A DNA stretch of 64,000 nt from a bacterium (GTDB lineage Bacteria; SAR324; NAC60-12), in assembly GCA_965205865.1 (NCBI GenBank), contig CBDBHR010000028.1, forward strand, positions 288,001 to 352,000, in the 5' to 3' direction. The notes beneath the pieces are model-generated. The model made no database searches. It had not been told where the DNA came from and saw nothing but the letters and a program-made list of their open reading frames with translations. Positions within the stretch are counted from its first letter, which is position 1. Each line of letters opens with the position of its first letter. Made by a program: the position numbers and the translations under genes. Shown here piece by piece: positions 40,190-50,760 of the stretch.

Positions 40190-42059
40190 GACCCTAGCCG
40201 AAAAGGGTTTCGAGAAATAGTAAATGTAACCAATTTGATTCTATTTGATTCTCTATTTGATTCAATATGACGAGAATAACGATTTATTTTGTTTTTTATT
40301 CGCCCACATGAAACAGTTTTTATAGGGAAAAAATCTTTTTTTGGACATACTTTCCTCGCCCCTGCTCATATTTCACACTTCCCCCATTGAATATTCAGGC
40401 CGCTTGTTTGAGTTGTCTTTTTTTCAACTCAATCATTTTGCAAAAATTATAGGTTAAGAGCTTTTTCCAGCAACTCTGCCCGAACGTTTTCAATCCCTCT
40501 GCGCATAACTTGTCCGAAATGGAAACGATGCTTAAGATGAAACATCAACGACTCTGCAGCAGATCTTCCATTTCGTGATTCCAAATAGATTTCACTTTCC
40601 CATTCTTCAATCGGGGTCATCTTTTTTCCCAAACGCCCCACTAATACTAAAAACCTTAACGCCTTTGCCCATCCACTTTTCTCTGATCGCCTGATTGGCA
40701 TATCCATCATCAAGGCTCACTTCAGAGGGAATGGTGATGGTGCATCGCAAATGTTCAACAAGGGCAGGGTCGAGTTGCCCTGAATCAGCAGCATGGCCCT
40801 CCGGAGTAATTAACACGGAAATAAAACCATTTCCGCTCCTTCCTAATTGAGGCTTATATCCGATAAGCGCTTCTCGATCTCTTTTGAATATAAGCCGAGC
40901 TCTGATCGGAAAGACTCAATACTTTCTCAGTCGAAGGAACCTTCTTTTCTTCAAAAACTCTTTGATGACAGTAGATGATTCCGTTGCAAATTAGAAATAT
41001 CTTCATTCATCATTTCAATGAGGCGAATAACGCGTTTTCCGAGAAGGGGGGAGAAGAGCTTTTTGAGGCACGGTAATAAGGACAGTTTGCGATTTCTTTT
41101 AAAAATTTCCCAAAGCGCTATTGAGCTTTCTCAATAGCGGTCATTTGAAATGTTTTTAAAAGCTTCGTTTTACTGTCCTTTTTACCGTGTCTCAAAAGCC
41201 ATCATCCCCCCTTAGAAAAGCTTATTCATCTCCTTGATGAGGAAATCAAAATTTCTTTCACTGATCTCAGCGATTCCAAATGTATCAAGGGAACGCCCTC
41301 GATGGTAGCTTCGCTCCGATCGAGACGAGTCATATTCGAGGGAATCGAGTAGGCCAAGCTGATATTTCCTTTTACAGAGGTGCTATCCAGTTTTTAATAT
41401 CAAAATCGTCCAACTCTTCATCGAGAACCATTCTGAATTCAGAGCAATCGAAAATAAACTGTTGAACTCTCGTTGATGACAGCATTGACCATTATCTGAA
41501 GGAGCCTTGTACTCGATCCCGGCATTGCCAATCCACGGTTGAGCAAAAGCAGATGCAAAGTGTGATTGACTCTGAAAGAATTATTTGGGCCGTTTGGGAT
41601 TTGATACTTCCTAAATGATCCCCGAATCATGATAAAAAGGTAAACTAAAAAAGCCGAATCCGAGGACAGATCTATTTCCAGTCCTGAGTTCTTCGGCTTC
41701 AATTCCTCATCTTCCATTACGGGAAGATGAGGAAGCCATGGATTCCGGGCTTCCTGCCAGTTTATCCTCTAAACGCTCTTTCTTTTTATTTCTTGCGTAT
41801 TTCTCCAAATCCTGTTCAATTTTGTCCAATATCTCCGGCTCTCGCTCAGACAATTGATCAAGTTCTGATAAGAAATTTTCAAATTCTGTATCAGGAGCGC
41901 TTAAAATAAGATGTTTTTCTGCTCGAATGAATGGTTTCATTTTGGGTGCCATAATTCTTAATATTGAAGTTATTCACAGTCATTTCAATGAATTATGGCA
42001 CTTTCAATAACCTCAAGTTTAAAGATATAATTCTAAAAAATACCTTTTCGGCTAGGATC
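40190..42059 (-). mobile_element. Degenerate copy of the 1833-bp DDE IS, flanked by TAGCTA
   Basis: Same IRs as 48922-50754; transposase broken by many indels. Confidence 0.88.
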
Positions 42060-42267
42060 TAGCTAAGTAATCCCGTAGAACTTTATCACAATATCACGCA
42101 ATTTTCTGTGAATTGTTCCCAAGTATTAAGAAAAATGTAGGATCCCAGTCATTTCTTTACGATCTGGCACATATATTGCCTTGTTGACAACTCCTGTATA
42201 ATATTCTGCATTTGTAAACCCTCAAAAGGATAAAATATAAGGATCACAAAAAACTATAAGGGGTGAC

Positions 42268-42429
42268 ATGACAGAAAAAAAAATTACAAAAATTAAAATT
42301 CATAATATGCCATTCGGAGGATTTTGGATTGATCCCAAAGACATCATCTTAAGTGATGAAGGTCAAAAAATAATCAAGCAAATAGCAAAAATATCTATTA
42401 AAAAAACTAAAGATAAATCTGAAGATTAA
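42268..42429 (+). CDS. Small basic hypothetical protein (53 aa)
   Basis: AAGGGG RBS; MTEKKITKIKIHNMPFGGFWIDPKDIILS...; ends 5 bp before the next gene. Confidence 0.45.
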   Translation: MTEKKITKIKIHNMPFGGFWIDPKDIILSDEGQKIIKQIAKISIKKTKDKSED

Positions 42430-42434
42430 AACAA

Positions 42435-43133
42435 ATGGGATTCGGATTATTTTTTCTCTCTTTGCTGGGAGGATACATATTCAATAGATGGTGCAAACTA
42501 ACCTCTTACTTCATTTATCGAGATACCGGTTACAATCTACTTTTCAAATCAGCATCAACTGGTGCTATATTAGCAATTATTTCTTACTTCATAATTCAAG
42601 GCTTCAATTTATCTCAATATAATATTTATGAATTAGAAAGAAACTTAGACATACCCAAATATACAATACTCTCTCTTCTATCATTTTTATTAGGACCAAT
42701 TTTATCAACACTCATCAATTCATTGAGTAAAATTAAAGAGATTGAAAAAAAAGCAATCTACAAATCCGAAAATTGGTTAGAAATATTATTCAGAGAATCT
42801 TCTGAAAATGGATTATTAATTGAGGTAACTCTAGAAAACGAGAAAGTATATGTGGGATGGATAATAAAAACTACCGATCCACGATTTAACAGACAATATT
42901 TTCAAATGCAGCTCATCTTAAGTGGATACCGAAACGATGAACTCAAAATAGAATTCACCACCAATTATGCGAGTGTCTACAACAAATTAAATAAGTTGAT
43001 AGAAGAACAAAAAATACAAATCAATGAACAAATTCCAGACTTTAAAATAATTATCTCTATCTCATCCTTAAGAAGCGCCAGACCGTTCAACTACGAAATA
43101 TACGAATTATTTGAAAATTTACATAATGAATAA
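42435..43133 (+). CDS. AT-rich hypothetical membrane protein
   Basis: Three TM segments followed by an IEVTLENEKVYVGW beta-rich domain. Confidence 0.7.
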   Translation: MGFGLFFLSLLGGYIFNRWCKLTSYFIYRDTGYNLLFKSASTGAILAIISYFIIQGFNLSQYNIYELERNLDIPKYTILSLLSFLLGPILSTLINSLSKIKEIEKKAIYKSENWLEILFRESSENGLLIEVTLENEKVYVGWIIKTTDPRFNRQYFQMQLILSGYRNDELKIEFTTNYASVYNKLNKLIEEQKIQINEQIPDFKIIISISSLRSARPFNYEIYELFENLHNE

Positions 43134-43238
43134 ATCCCTAAATCTCCAACCGGCCGAAGCCATATAAGCCGTGAATTTCAAACTAACTCGACGCCTTCAA
43201 AAAGGCGCCATTGCAACCATAAATGTGAGCAATGTGCT

Positions 43239-43649
43239 ATGAAAAAGATTATTTTTTGTTTAACTATATTTGTGTGTTTTAATTTATTCTTTTCACCAGT
43301 TGTTTTATCGAACCCTAAAAAATTATGCTCAGATGTACTAGAGAGTCTTGGTTATAAACTGTTGTCCTATTCTTTTAAAAAAAAAGGTCTCGTCGCAAGA
43401 GAAAGACATACATTTAATGGCGATTTGTTTTGTTACATAGATAGTGGGGGGAATATTCACTCCATAAAAGACAATAAAATTTTAATTGCCGAGGATGGAT
43501 TCTATGGACAATCTGCTCTAGAAGAACGAGATATATTAGATGCCGCACGAGAAGTTGCCATTAAACTGGCAAAGGGAAAGATCAACCAGGAATATAAGAC
43601 AAAATTACAAGTTGTGAGAAAGAAGTCCAGACCTGAAAAATGGGATTAA
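43239..43649 (+). CDS. Hypothetical exported protein
   Basis: MKK plus hydrophobic signal peptide; 136 aa. Confidence 0.65.
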   Translation: MKKIIFCLTIFVCFNLFFSPVVLSNPKKLCSDVLESLGYKLLSYSFKKKGLVARERHTFNGDLFCYIDSGGNIHSIKDNKILIAEDGFYGQSALEERDILDAAREVAIKLAKGKINQEYKTKLQVVRKKSRPEKWD

Positions 43650-43777
43650 TATTATGGGAGCATCACAAAAAATATCCACCGCATATCGTAGGTGCTATGC
43701 GGTTCAGATAAGCCCCTAAATACATCATTCCGTTAAATTTTAACCTTTTTCAATTTGCGAGATATATTAGATGCAAG

Positions 43778-43990
43778 ATGTCTCGGAAAACGCGTTTGTA
43801 CGACCCTGGTACGCTTTGTCATGTGCTTCGAGGCAATGGGGACCAACGTATTTTTTTCGATGACAGCGACTCTCGTAGCCTTTATCAGTCTTCGATTGGA
43901 AATCTGCAACAATTCGGGAAGTGGCAAATGCTCTCAATCGAGATGATGCTACTTTCAGTCGTGGAGTGCATAAGTTGTGAGAAAGATTGA
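43778..43990 (+). pseudogene. Remnant of a REP-associated tyrosine (Y1/HUH) transposase
   Basis: MSRKTRLYDPGTLCHV-LRGNGDQRIFFDDSD matches the RAYT N-terminal pattern (M.R..R....G..YHV..RGN....IF..D.D); the catalytic part is missing. Confidence 0.7.
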
Positions 43991-44059
43991 AGGAATCCAC
44001 AAATCTCCAAAAGCGGTTAAAAAAACTTAACCTAAAAATGTTTTCTTAAATTCGCAAAC

Positions 44060-44075
44060 TTGCAAGCCTGACCCC
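44060..44075. repeat. Single arm of the GGGGTCAGG palindrome family
   Basis: TTGCAAGCCTGACCCC just downstream of the RAYT remnant. Confidence 0.65.
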
Positions 44076-44076
44076 C

Positions 44077-44268
44077 TCACAAAAATGCAGTTTTCAAACC
44101 ATTCTCAACCATTTCCCAATCATACTCGATTCCATCTATTTGATTAAGAGAGTTTCCCTGACTTTTAATCTTGTCATGAGAATCGACGGAATTAAATGGA
44201 TTGATGCAAACAATTGAGCCTACACCAGCAAGTATATGTTGAATAATAGCATTCATATTTGTCTCCAA
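44077..44268 (-). CDS. Small hypothetical protein ending at the palindrome arm
   Basis: ...DGIEYDWEMVENGLKTAFL; the stop codon abuts GGGGGTCAGG. Confidence 0.5.
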   Translation of the reverse strand: METNMNAIIQHILAGVGSIVCINPFNSVDSHDKIKSQGNSLNQIDGIEYDWEMVENGLKTAFL

Positions 44269-44327
44269 AGTTACTGAGTCTTATCTAACGATTTTTGAAG
44301 ATAGTCAATTTAACCTATTAATATTTA

Positions 44328-44891
44328 GTGATGGAAGCCATGCTCATTGATCATCAACGTGAAAAATTGATTAATCTAATCATATACTTTGCTACCCATA
44401 CTAAACGATTTCATAAAGTAAAGTTATTCAAACTTCTATATTTTTTAGATTTTGAACATTATTCTTTAACAGGCCGAAATGTCACTGGATTAGATTACTA
44501 TGCTTGGGATAATGGGCCATGTCCAAAAGATCTACATGAAGAAATTGATGATCCTCGATCAGATATGAAAGAGAGTATCACATTTAGTTCAATTTCATAC
44601 AAGAATGGAGATAGGTTAGATATCAAGCCACTTAAAAAATTTGACCCAAAACATTTCTCAAAGAGAGAGCTTCGCATTTTAGAAGGACTTGCAGAAGAAT
44701 ATAAAAATACCTTAGCAAAAGATATGATTGAAGAGACTCACTTAGAGAATCTTCCTTGGCATCAAATTTATAATGTGCAGAAAAATAAATATGCGCATAT
44801 CCCATATGAACTTACACTCAAAAGGCAAGAACAAGAGGAGATGAAACAATATATCGAGGGAACCCGTGATTTTTGGCAGGGATATGAATGA
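44328..44891 (+). CDS. Panacea-domain (DUF4065/SocA-like) antitoxin
   Basis: KL.KLLYFLDF.HY...G..VTG..Y.AW..GP and ETH...PW motifs. Confidence 0.85.
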   Translation: MMEAMLIDHQREKLINLIIYFATHTKRFHKVKLFKLLYFLDFEHYSLTGRNVTGLDYYAWDNGPCPKDLHEEIDDPRSDMKESITFSSISYKNGDRLDIKPLKKFDPKHFSKRELRILEGLAEEYKNTLAKDMIEETHLENLPWHQIYNVQKNKYAHIPYELTLKRQEQEEMKQYIEGTRDFWQGYE

Positions 44892-45304
44892 CACCGGGTT
44901 CAATTCTACTCGATAGAAAATATGCTTTCCAGTCAGGAGATTCTGGCCAGAAATTTGTTATTGTACTGAATGATGGAAGTGATTATCCTTACATTATAGT
45001 AAGAACTACCTCTCAACAAAAAAATAGAGGAACAATCTTTGGATGTCAGTCAAACGATAGATTCCCCAATTTTTTCCTTCCTCAAGGCAGTTGTTATTTT
45101 TCTAAACATACTTGGATACAATTAGAGGATTTTCGTGAGTTTCACATTGGTGACTTGCTTGATAAATTAAAGGCAGGTGAAATATTCAGAGCAGCAGAGC
45201 TTCCAAAAGACCTCACTATTAAGCTCTTAAGATGTGCTATATCATGTGATGATATTAGCCATGCACAAGCAGGAATTCTTCAAAAAATTCTAGCTATACT
45301 GTGA
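44888..45304 (+). CDS. Putative toxin, PemK/MazF-like fold
   Basis: ATGA overlap with the Panacea gene; PG.I......F......K..IVL......I...TTSQ pattern. Confidence 0.6.
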   Translation: MTPGSILLDRKYAFQSGDSGQKFVIVLNDGSDYPYIIVRTTSQQKNRGTIFGCQSNDRFPNFFLPQGSCYFSKHTWIQLEDFREFHIGDLLDKLKAGEIFRAAELPKDLTIKLLRCAISCDDISHAQAGILQKILAIL

Positions 45305-45325
45305 ACGGATGTTTTCTTCATTTTT

Positions 45326-45405
45326 TGTCATCCTGTGGGAACCGAATGATCTTCTTGATTCCCATGAGTTTCTTGCTTAGGTAGCCCCCTTAGCTCAGAA
45401 TGACA
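45326..45405. repeat. Degenerate REP-like palindrome
   Basis: TGTCATCCTG...CAGAATGACA termini. Confidence 0.5.
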
Positions 45406-45526
45406 GGTTTTTTGAAAAGTGAAATTTAAACCCGTTCAGAGTATAATCTTGAACAGTAATTTGAAATGTAATCAGAACAAAACGCTTCATCTGACTTACA
45501 CCAAGAATATAGAAAGGGGTCAGGCT

Positions 45527-46228
45527 GTGCGCCAGGAAAGCTGGCAAGAAATAGAGAGTGAAAGTCTCTTACTCGGTAAGGCAGTAACGACCCGCCGAGT
45601 CCCCGAGTCATGAGTGGTTATTCGCAAGGATAGGCGCTAAGCGTTGACAGGGGAGAACATAGGCTCGGTATTGAGCTCCGAAATCATAGTTTCAAGTGCT
45701 GACCTTGTAGTCTGGTGGGGAAGGCAACATCAACCGAAGGCGTTAGCGTGAGTCCCGGTCGAGCCTGGCGGAGTCAAAGACCCGGCGCATGTGTGGAAGT
45801 TTCTTGATCGGAACCTGGGAGATCCTGAAGACGACTGTCAACATTCTATTGGTAGTCGGATCGGGAAAATTAATAAATAACCCCGATATCTACGTCTTCA
45901 GGAAGTCGGACAAGTTCGTAGTAGCGATGAAGCGGCGAACAATGAGATCATTTGTAGAGAGTAACAATGCAAAGGAAATCAACGGAGCCTGTGGAGCAAA
46001 GGGACTTGGCTGAGAGGAATTCTGCTTGCCCTCCTGTGTTCGGAACTCAGAGGCCGGTAAAATCAGAGAGCGGTTCAAGCAGGGTGCGCCAAACGGCAAT
46101 CCGAATCAACGTTTGAGCGTCTGACTCGAAGCAGGAGCCGGATGCGTTAGCAGCGCACGTCCGGATCTGTACCGGAGGAATGACGAAAGGTGGCTGGAAA
46201 CCACTATAAATCAGTTCTTTACGGTGAC
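45527..46228 (+). mobile_element. Group II intron lineage A, copy 3, inside palindrome 45516-46296
   Basis: Near-identical to copy 1; GTGCG...GGTGAC. Confidence 0.9.
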
Positions 46229-46325
46229 TTTGATTAAATGAAAAGGGAGCAAAAAACTGGACTCGTTCCTAATCAAATAATTAAAGGCCTGACCCCTTTT
46301 CTGACCCCTTTTTAGGAGAGCAGTT

Positions 46326-47692
46326 ATGCGTAAGCCTAATTTGAATAAAGTACGGAATTATTCAAATCGATGTTTGTTTGCTCTTATTTTTCTATCAGTT
46401 TTGAGCAGTTGCGACAGACTTAAAAACTTGGCCGGGCAACCGGAATCCGTATATGTTCAGCAAATTGAAGCCCTCTCCGCTCGGTTGAACGCGCTCGAAA
46501 GCGTGATTCAGCAACAGATACCTGTCTTGCAACAGATACGTGAAAACGTTACCCCGGCCGAGATATCCCCGCAGTGGGAGAATCAGCTCGAGCAACTGGA
46601 AAGCCAGCTTGCAAGCAGCGATAAATGGCCAAAGGATGCTGGTGAAGCAGGACAATTTTTCGAACAAACATCCAAACTCGTCACCGGTCTGCCGGTTTGG
46701 GCCGAGGCGAAGTACCTCCCGCGGCTTTCCGTGGTCCGTTGGGCTGCGATGTCTTTCAACAGTCTCAATCACCCGCGAGATGATAGCCAGTCTCTGGATC
46801 AACTCGAACAACTCATCGACGGCATGCGCGATCTGGCTGATGTCAGTCCCGAGGGAGGTTCAGTGGATCTGGTTAGGCGATTGCGCGAAAATGCCGTAGA
46901 AATTGAGGACAAGACTACCAGACGGAGGGTCAAAGAAGTTGTTGAACAGGCGATTCAATACGTGGGAGATATCCCGGCTGACACTACAGATATTGCCGGC
47001 CTTTACGAGTTTCTGGAGTTGTATGAGAAGGACAATGATCATGCTGACGTCATCGATGTCGATGTCTCAGCCCTGCGGAAAAAGTTGTATGAAAAAATTG
47101 TAACACGTCAAGCCAATGACCGGGCAGCCAGTCTGCGCTCTCAATGGAAGAACGTAAAAGAATTGGCAAATGATCAACCTCAACCAGCGGTTTATGAAGT
47201 TGCCACCAGGACGCTGCTTCAACAGGTGATGTCAGCCCAGGCGGCCCTTGTTCTGGAAAGTATCGAGACACCAGTCTACAACGAGTTGCAGAAAGAACTA
47301 CGCGCTGCTGTGGAGACAATTGAATCCCAAGCTGAAGAGCGTCAAGCACTGGCCATGCGCGACTATCAACGCTGGGCCCTTGAGAAAATCAAGGTCTTTG
47401 AGGACCTCGAATATCAGGCGATCTCGGAAAAAGCGGACGATGAAGCCGATCGATGGCGCTGCGACGTGATGATGGCGGATGGATTGACTACTATCTGGAA
47501 GTTCAAGAAGCCATGATCAAGCATCTCCTGCCAATCAACGTTGTTTTATTGGATCTGCCCGTTCAAGAACGCTACCATCAAGCATTTCAAACAGGGTGGA
47601 AGAAATTGGATGGACGTGAAAATCAGACAACCGTGGCGGTATCTTCTGCTACCACCAAGAAGAAATCGCTCCGGGACATTCTGGAGGAATAA
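46326..47692 (+). CDS. Coiled-coil lipoprotein with an apparent frameshift near 47460
   Basis: AGGAG RBS and LSSC lipobox; the C-terminus continues in ORF 47453-47692, which ends 2 bp before the next gene. Confidence 0.6.
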
Positions 47693-48921
47693 TCATGAGA
47701 ATCCGTCAGATTACGAGCATCACGATCTTGTTGCTGTTGGCTGCAACGGCTTCTAATCTCGTTTGGGCTCTCACCCCCACTTCATCAATGGAGTTGCCCC
47801 TGACGCAGGGGGAGCAGGCCGCAAGACTCTGGCGGATTGCCAGTGCGGAGGTCGCTCGCAAGCTCTATCCGACTTTCGGTAGAGACGATCGAACCAAAGT
47901 TTTATTACCAGCGCAACTATCGCCTCCTGTGGATTGAAGCAACCCTCAATCAACGGATACTGTTGGCAGAAAAGATTGGTGTTACAAGGTGCCGCCAGGT
48001 TCGCTGCGGAACGAGGTTGGATTAAGATACTCGGTTTTCGGTATCGTGGCATCCAACAAGGGCCAGACTCCGTGTATTGGGATCAACGATCAGGTCGTCT
48101 CCGCGTACTGGAAGCGAAAGGAGGAACTGCCAAACCAATAAAGGCTTTCAATAGCTTGCAGGGTACGAATAAAAACGCGATCAGGTCTGCTAGATTTGTT
48201 CTTCGGTCATTAAAAGCAACCCTTATGGAAAAACATGCGGCTGCACTTGTAATTGTGGCTGCTCAGCAGGGTCGACTCGTTACAGGTGTAATAAATACTC
48301 TTCACAAGTTGGGAACTCCGGACACCCCCAAGCTGGCAGGCAATTGGGATTACGATTATGTAGGAAGGGAAGCAAGCACGATCGAGCAGAAATTAATCCG
48401 TAATAAACCCGAGGTTCGATCAGTCTTTCGGCATGCGCATAAGGAGCAATCATTTGCCATGCTGAAATACTGGGAAACCCGAAGACCGGCGAACATTGGA
48501 TTTGCTAGGAATGCGTACCAGCAGTCACTGATTGCCTGGTCCAAGTTCAACAATCCTCCCCTGAAAGGAAACGTTTTACCCTACATAAGGACTGGCTCGT
48601 CGATTCACAGAATAACACAGTCAACTACTCAACCAGGTATTTTGAGACTTTCCAAGGAGGGAGTTAGTAAGTTTGCCGGCAGATTGATTCTACCGGTCAT
48701 CCTTGGTGTGGAGGGATTACAATTTGCCATAGCATATCACCAATACGGCTTGGGTCGTATCAGTCAGCGTGATTTCTACCGTCGCACTACCGGACCCGCG
48801 ATCGTCGCGGTTTTCACAGTCGGCGGAGCTATAGTTGGTGGGATTATTGGAATGCAAGGCGGAGGGATCACGGCAATCCCAGTTGCCTACACTGGTGCCA
48901 AAATAGGCGCGATCCTAGCTA

Positions 48922-50754
48922 GACCCTAGCCGAAAAGGGTTTCGAAAATAGTAAATGTAACCAATTTGATTCTATTTGATTCTCTATTTGATTCAATATG
49001 ACGAGAAAACGATTTTTTTGTTTTTTATTCGCCCACAGCACAGTTTTTATAGGGAAAAAATCTTTTTTGGACATACTTTCCTCGCCCCTGCTCATATTTC
49101 ACACTCCCCCATTGAATATTCAGGCCGCTTGTTTGAGTTGTCTTTTTTTCAACTCAATCATTTTGCAAAAATTATAGGTTAATGCTTTTTCCAGCAACTC
49201 TGCCCGAACGTTTTCAATCCCTCTGCGCATAACTTGTCCGAAATGGAAACGATGCTTAAGATGAAACATCAACGACTCTGCAGCAGATCTTCCATTTCGT
49301 GATTCCAAATAGATTTCACTTTCCCATTCTTCAATCGGGGTCATCTTTTTTCCCTTTGCCCCACTAATACTAAAAACCTTAACGCCTTTGCCCATCCACT
49401 TTTCTCTGATCGCCTGATTGGCATATCCATCATCAAGGCTCACTTCAGAGGGAATGGTGATGGTGCATCGCAAATGTTCAACAAGGGCAGGGTCGAGTTG
49501 CCCTGAATCAGCAGCATTGCCCTCCGGAGTAATTAACACGGAAATAAAACCATTTCCGCTCCTTCCTAATTGAGGCTTATATCCGATAAGCGCTTCTCGA
49601 TCTCCCTTTTGAATATAAGCCGAGCTCTGATCGGAAAGACTCAATACTTTCTCAGTAGAAGGAACCTTCTTTTCTTCAAAAACTCTTTGATGACAGTAGA
49701 TGATTACCCGTTGCAAATTAGAAATATCTTCATTCATCATTTCAATGAGGCGAATCAAACGCGTTTTCCGAGAAGGGGGGAGAAGAGCTTTTTGGGCACG
49801 GATATCCACCTTTGCCATTTCTTTTAAAAATTTCCCATGAGCGCTTTGAGCTTTCTTCAATAGGGTTTTGTAATGTTTTTTTCGCTTCGTTTTACTGTCC
49901 TTTTTACCTGTCTCAAAAGCCATCATCTTAGAGAGCTTATTCATCTCCTTGATGAGGAAATCAAAATTTCTTTCACTGATCTCAGCGATTCCAAATGTAT
50001 CAAGGGAACGCCCTCGATGGTAGCTTCGCTCCACGAGACGAGTCAATATCGACGAATCAGTAGGCCAAGCTGTATTTCCTTTTACAGAGGTGCTATCCAG
50101 TTTTAAAATATCAAAATCGTCCAACTCTTCATCGAGAACCATTCGAATTTGAGCATCGAAAATAAACTGTCTGCTCTCGTTGCTGACAGCATTGACATTA
50201 TCAAGGATTGTACTCGCTCCCGGCATTTTCAATCCACGGTTGAGCAGAAGCAGATGCAGTGTGATTGACTCTGAAAGAAATATTTGGGCCGTTTGGGATT
50301 TGATACTTCCTAAATATCCCCGAATCATCATAAAAAGGTAGACTAAAAAAGCCGACATCCGAGGACACCCTATTTCCAGCCTCAGTTCTTCCGGCTTCAA
50401 TTCCTCATCTTCTACGGGAAGATGAGGAAGCCATGGATTCCGGGCTTCCTGCCATCGTTTATCCTCTAAACGCTCTTTCTTTTTATTTCTTGCGTATTTC
50501 TCCAAATCCTGTTCAATTTTGTCCAATATCTCCGGCTCTCGCTCAGACAATTGATCAAGTTCTGATAAGAAATTTTCAAATTCTGTATCAGGAGCGCTTA
50601 AAATAAGATGTTTTTCTGCTCGAATGAATGGTTTCATTTTGGGTGCCATAATTCTTAATATTGAAGTTATTCACAGTTATTTCAATGAATTATGGCACTT
50701 TTTAACCTCAAGTTTAAAGATATAATTCTAAAAAATACCTTTTCGGCTAGGATC
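48922..50754 (-). mobile_element. DDE IS (ISNCY/IS5-like), 1833 bp, tandem copy 1
   Basis: IRs GACCCTAGCCGAAAAGG / CCTTTTCGGCTAGGATC; TAGCTA on both sides. Confidence 0.93.
49120..50649 (-). CDS. DDE transposase, 509 aa
   Basis: LDST...N..WPTDS, LDDGY and RSAAES motifs. Confidence 0.88.
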   Translation of the reverse strand: MAPKMKPFIRAEKHLILSAPDTEFENFLSELDQLSEREPEILDKIEQDLEKYARNKKKERLEDKRWQEARNPWLPHLPVEDEELKPEELRLEIGCPRMSAFLVYLFMMIRGYLGSIKSQTAQIFLSESITLHLLLLNRGLKMPGASTILDNVNAVSNESRQFIFDAQIRMVLDEELDDFDILKLDSTSVKGNTAWPTDSSILTRLVERSYHRGRSLDTFGIAEISERNFDFLIKEMNKLSKMMAFETGKKDSKTKRKKHYKTLLKKAQSAHGKFLKEMAKVDIRAQKALLPPSRKTRLIRLIEMMNEDISNLQRVIIYCHQRVFEEKKVPSTEKVLSLSDQSSAYIQKGDREALIGYKPQLGRSGNGFISVLITPEGNAADSGQLDPALVEHLRCTITIPSEVSLDDGYANQAIREKWMGKGVKVFSISGAKGKKMTPIEEWESEIYLESRNGRSAAESLMFHLKHRFHFGQVMRRGIENVRAELLEKALTYNFCKMIELKKRQLKQAA

Positions 50755-50760
50755 TAGCTA

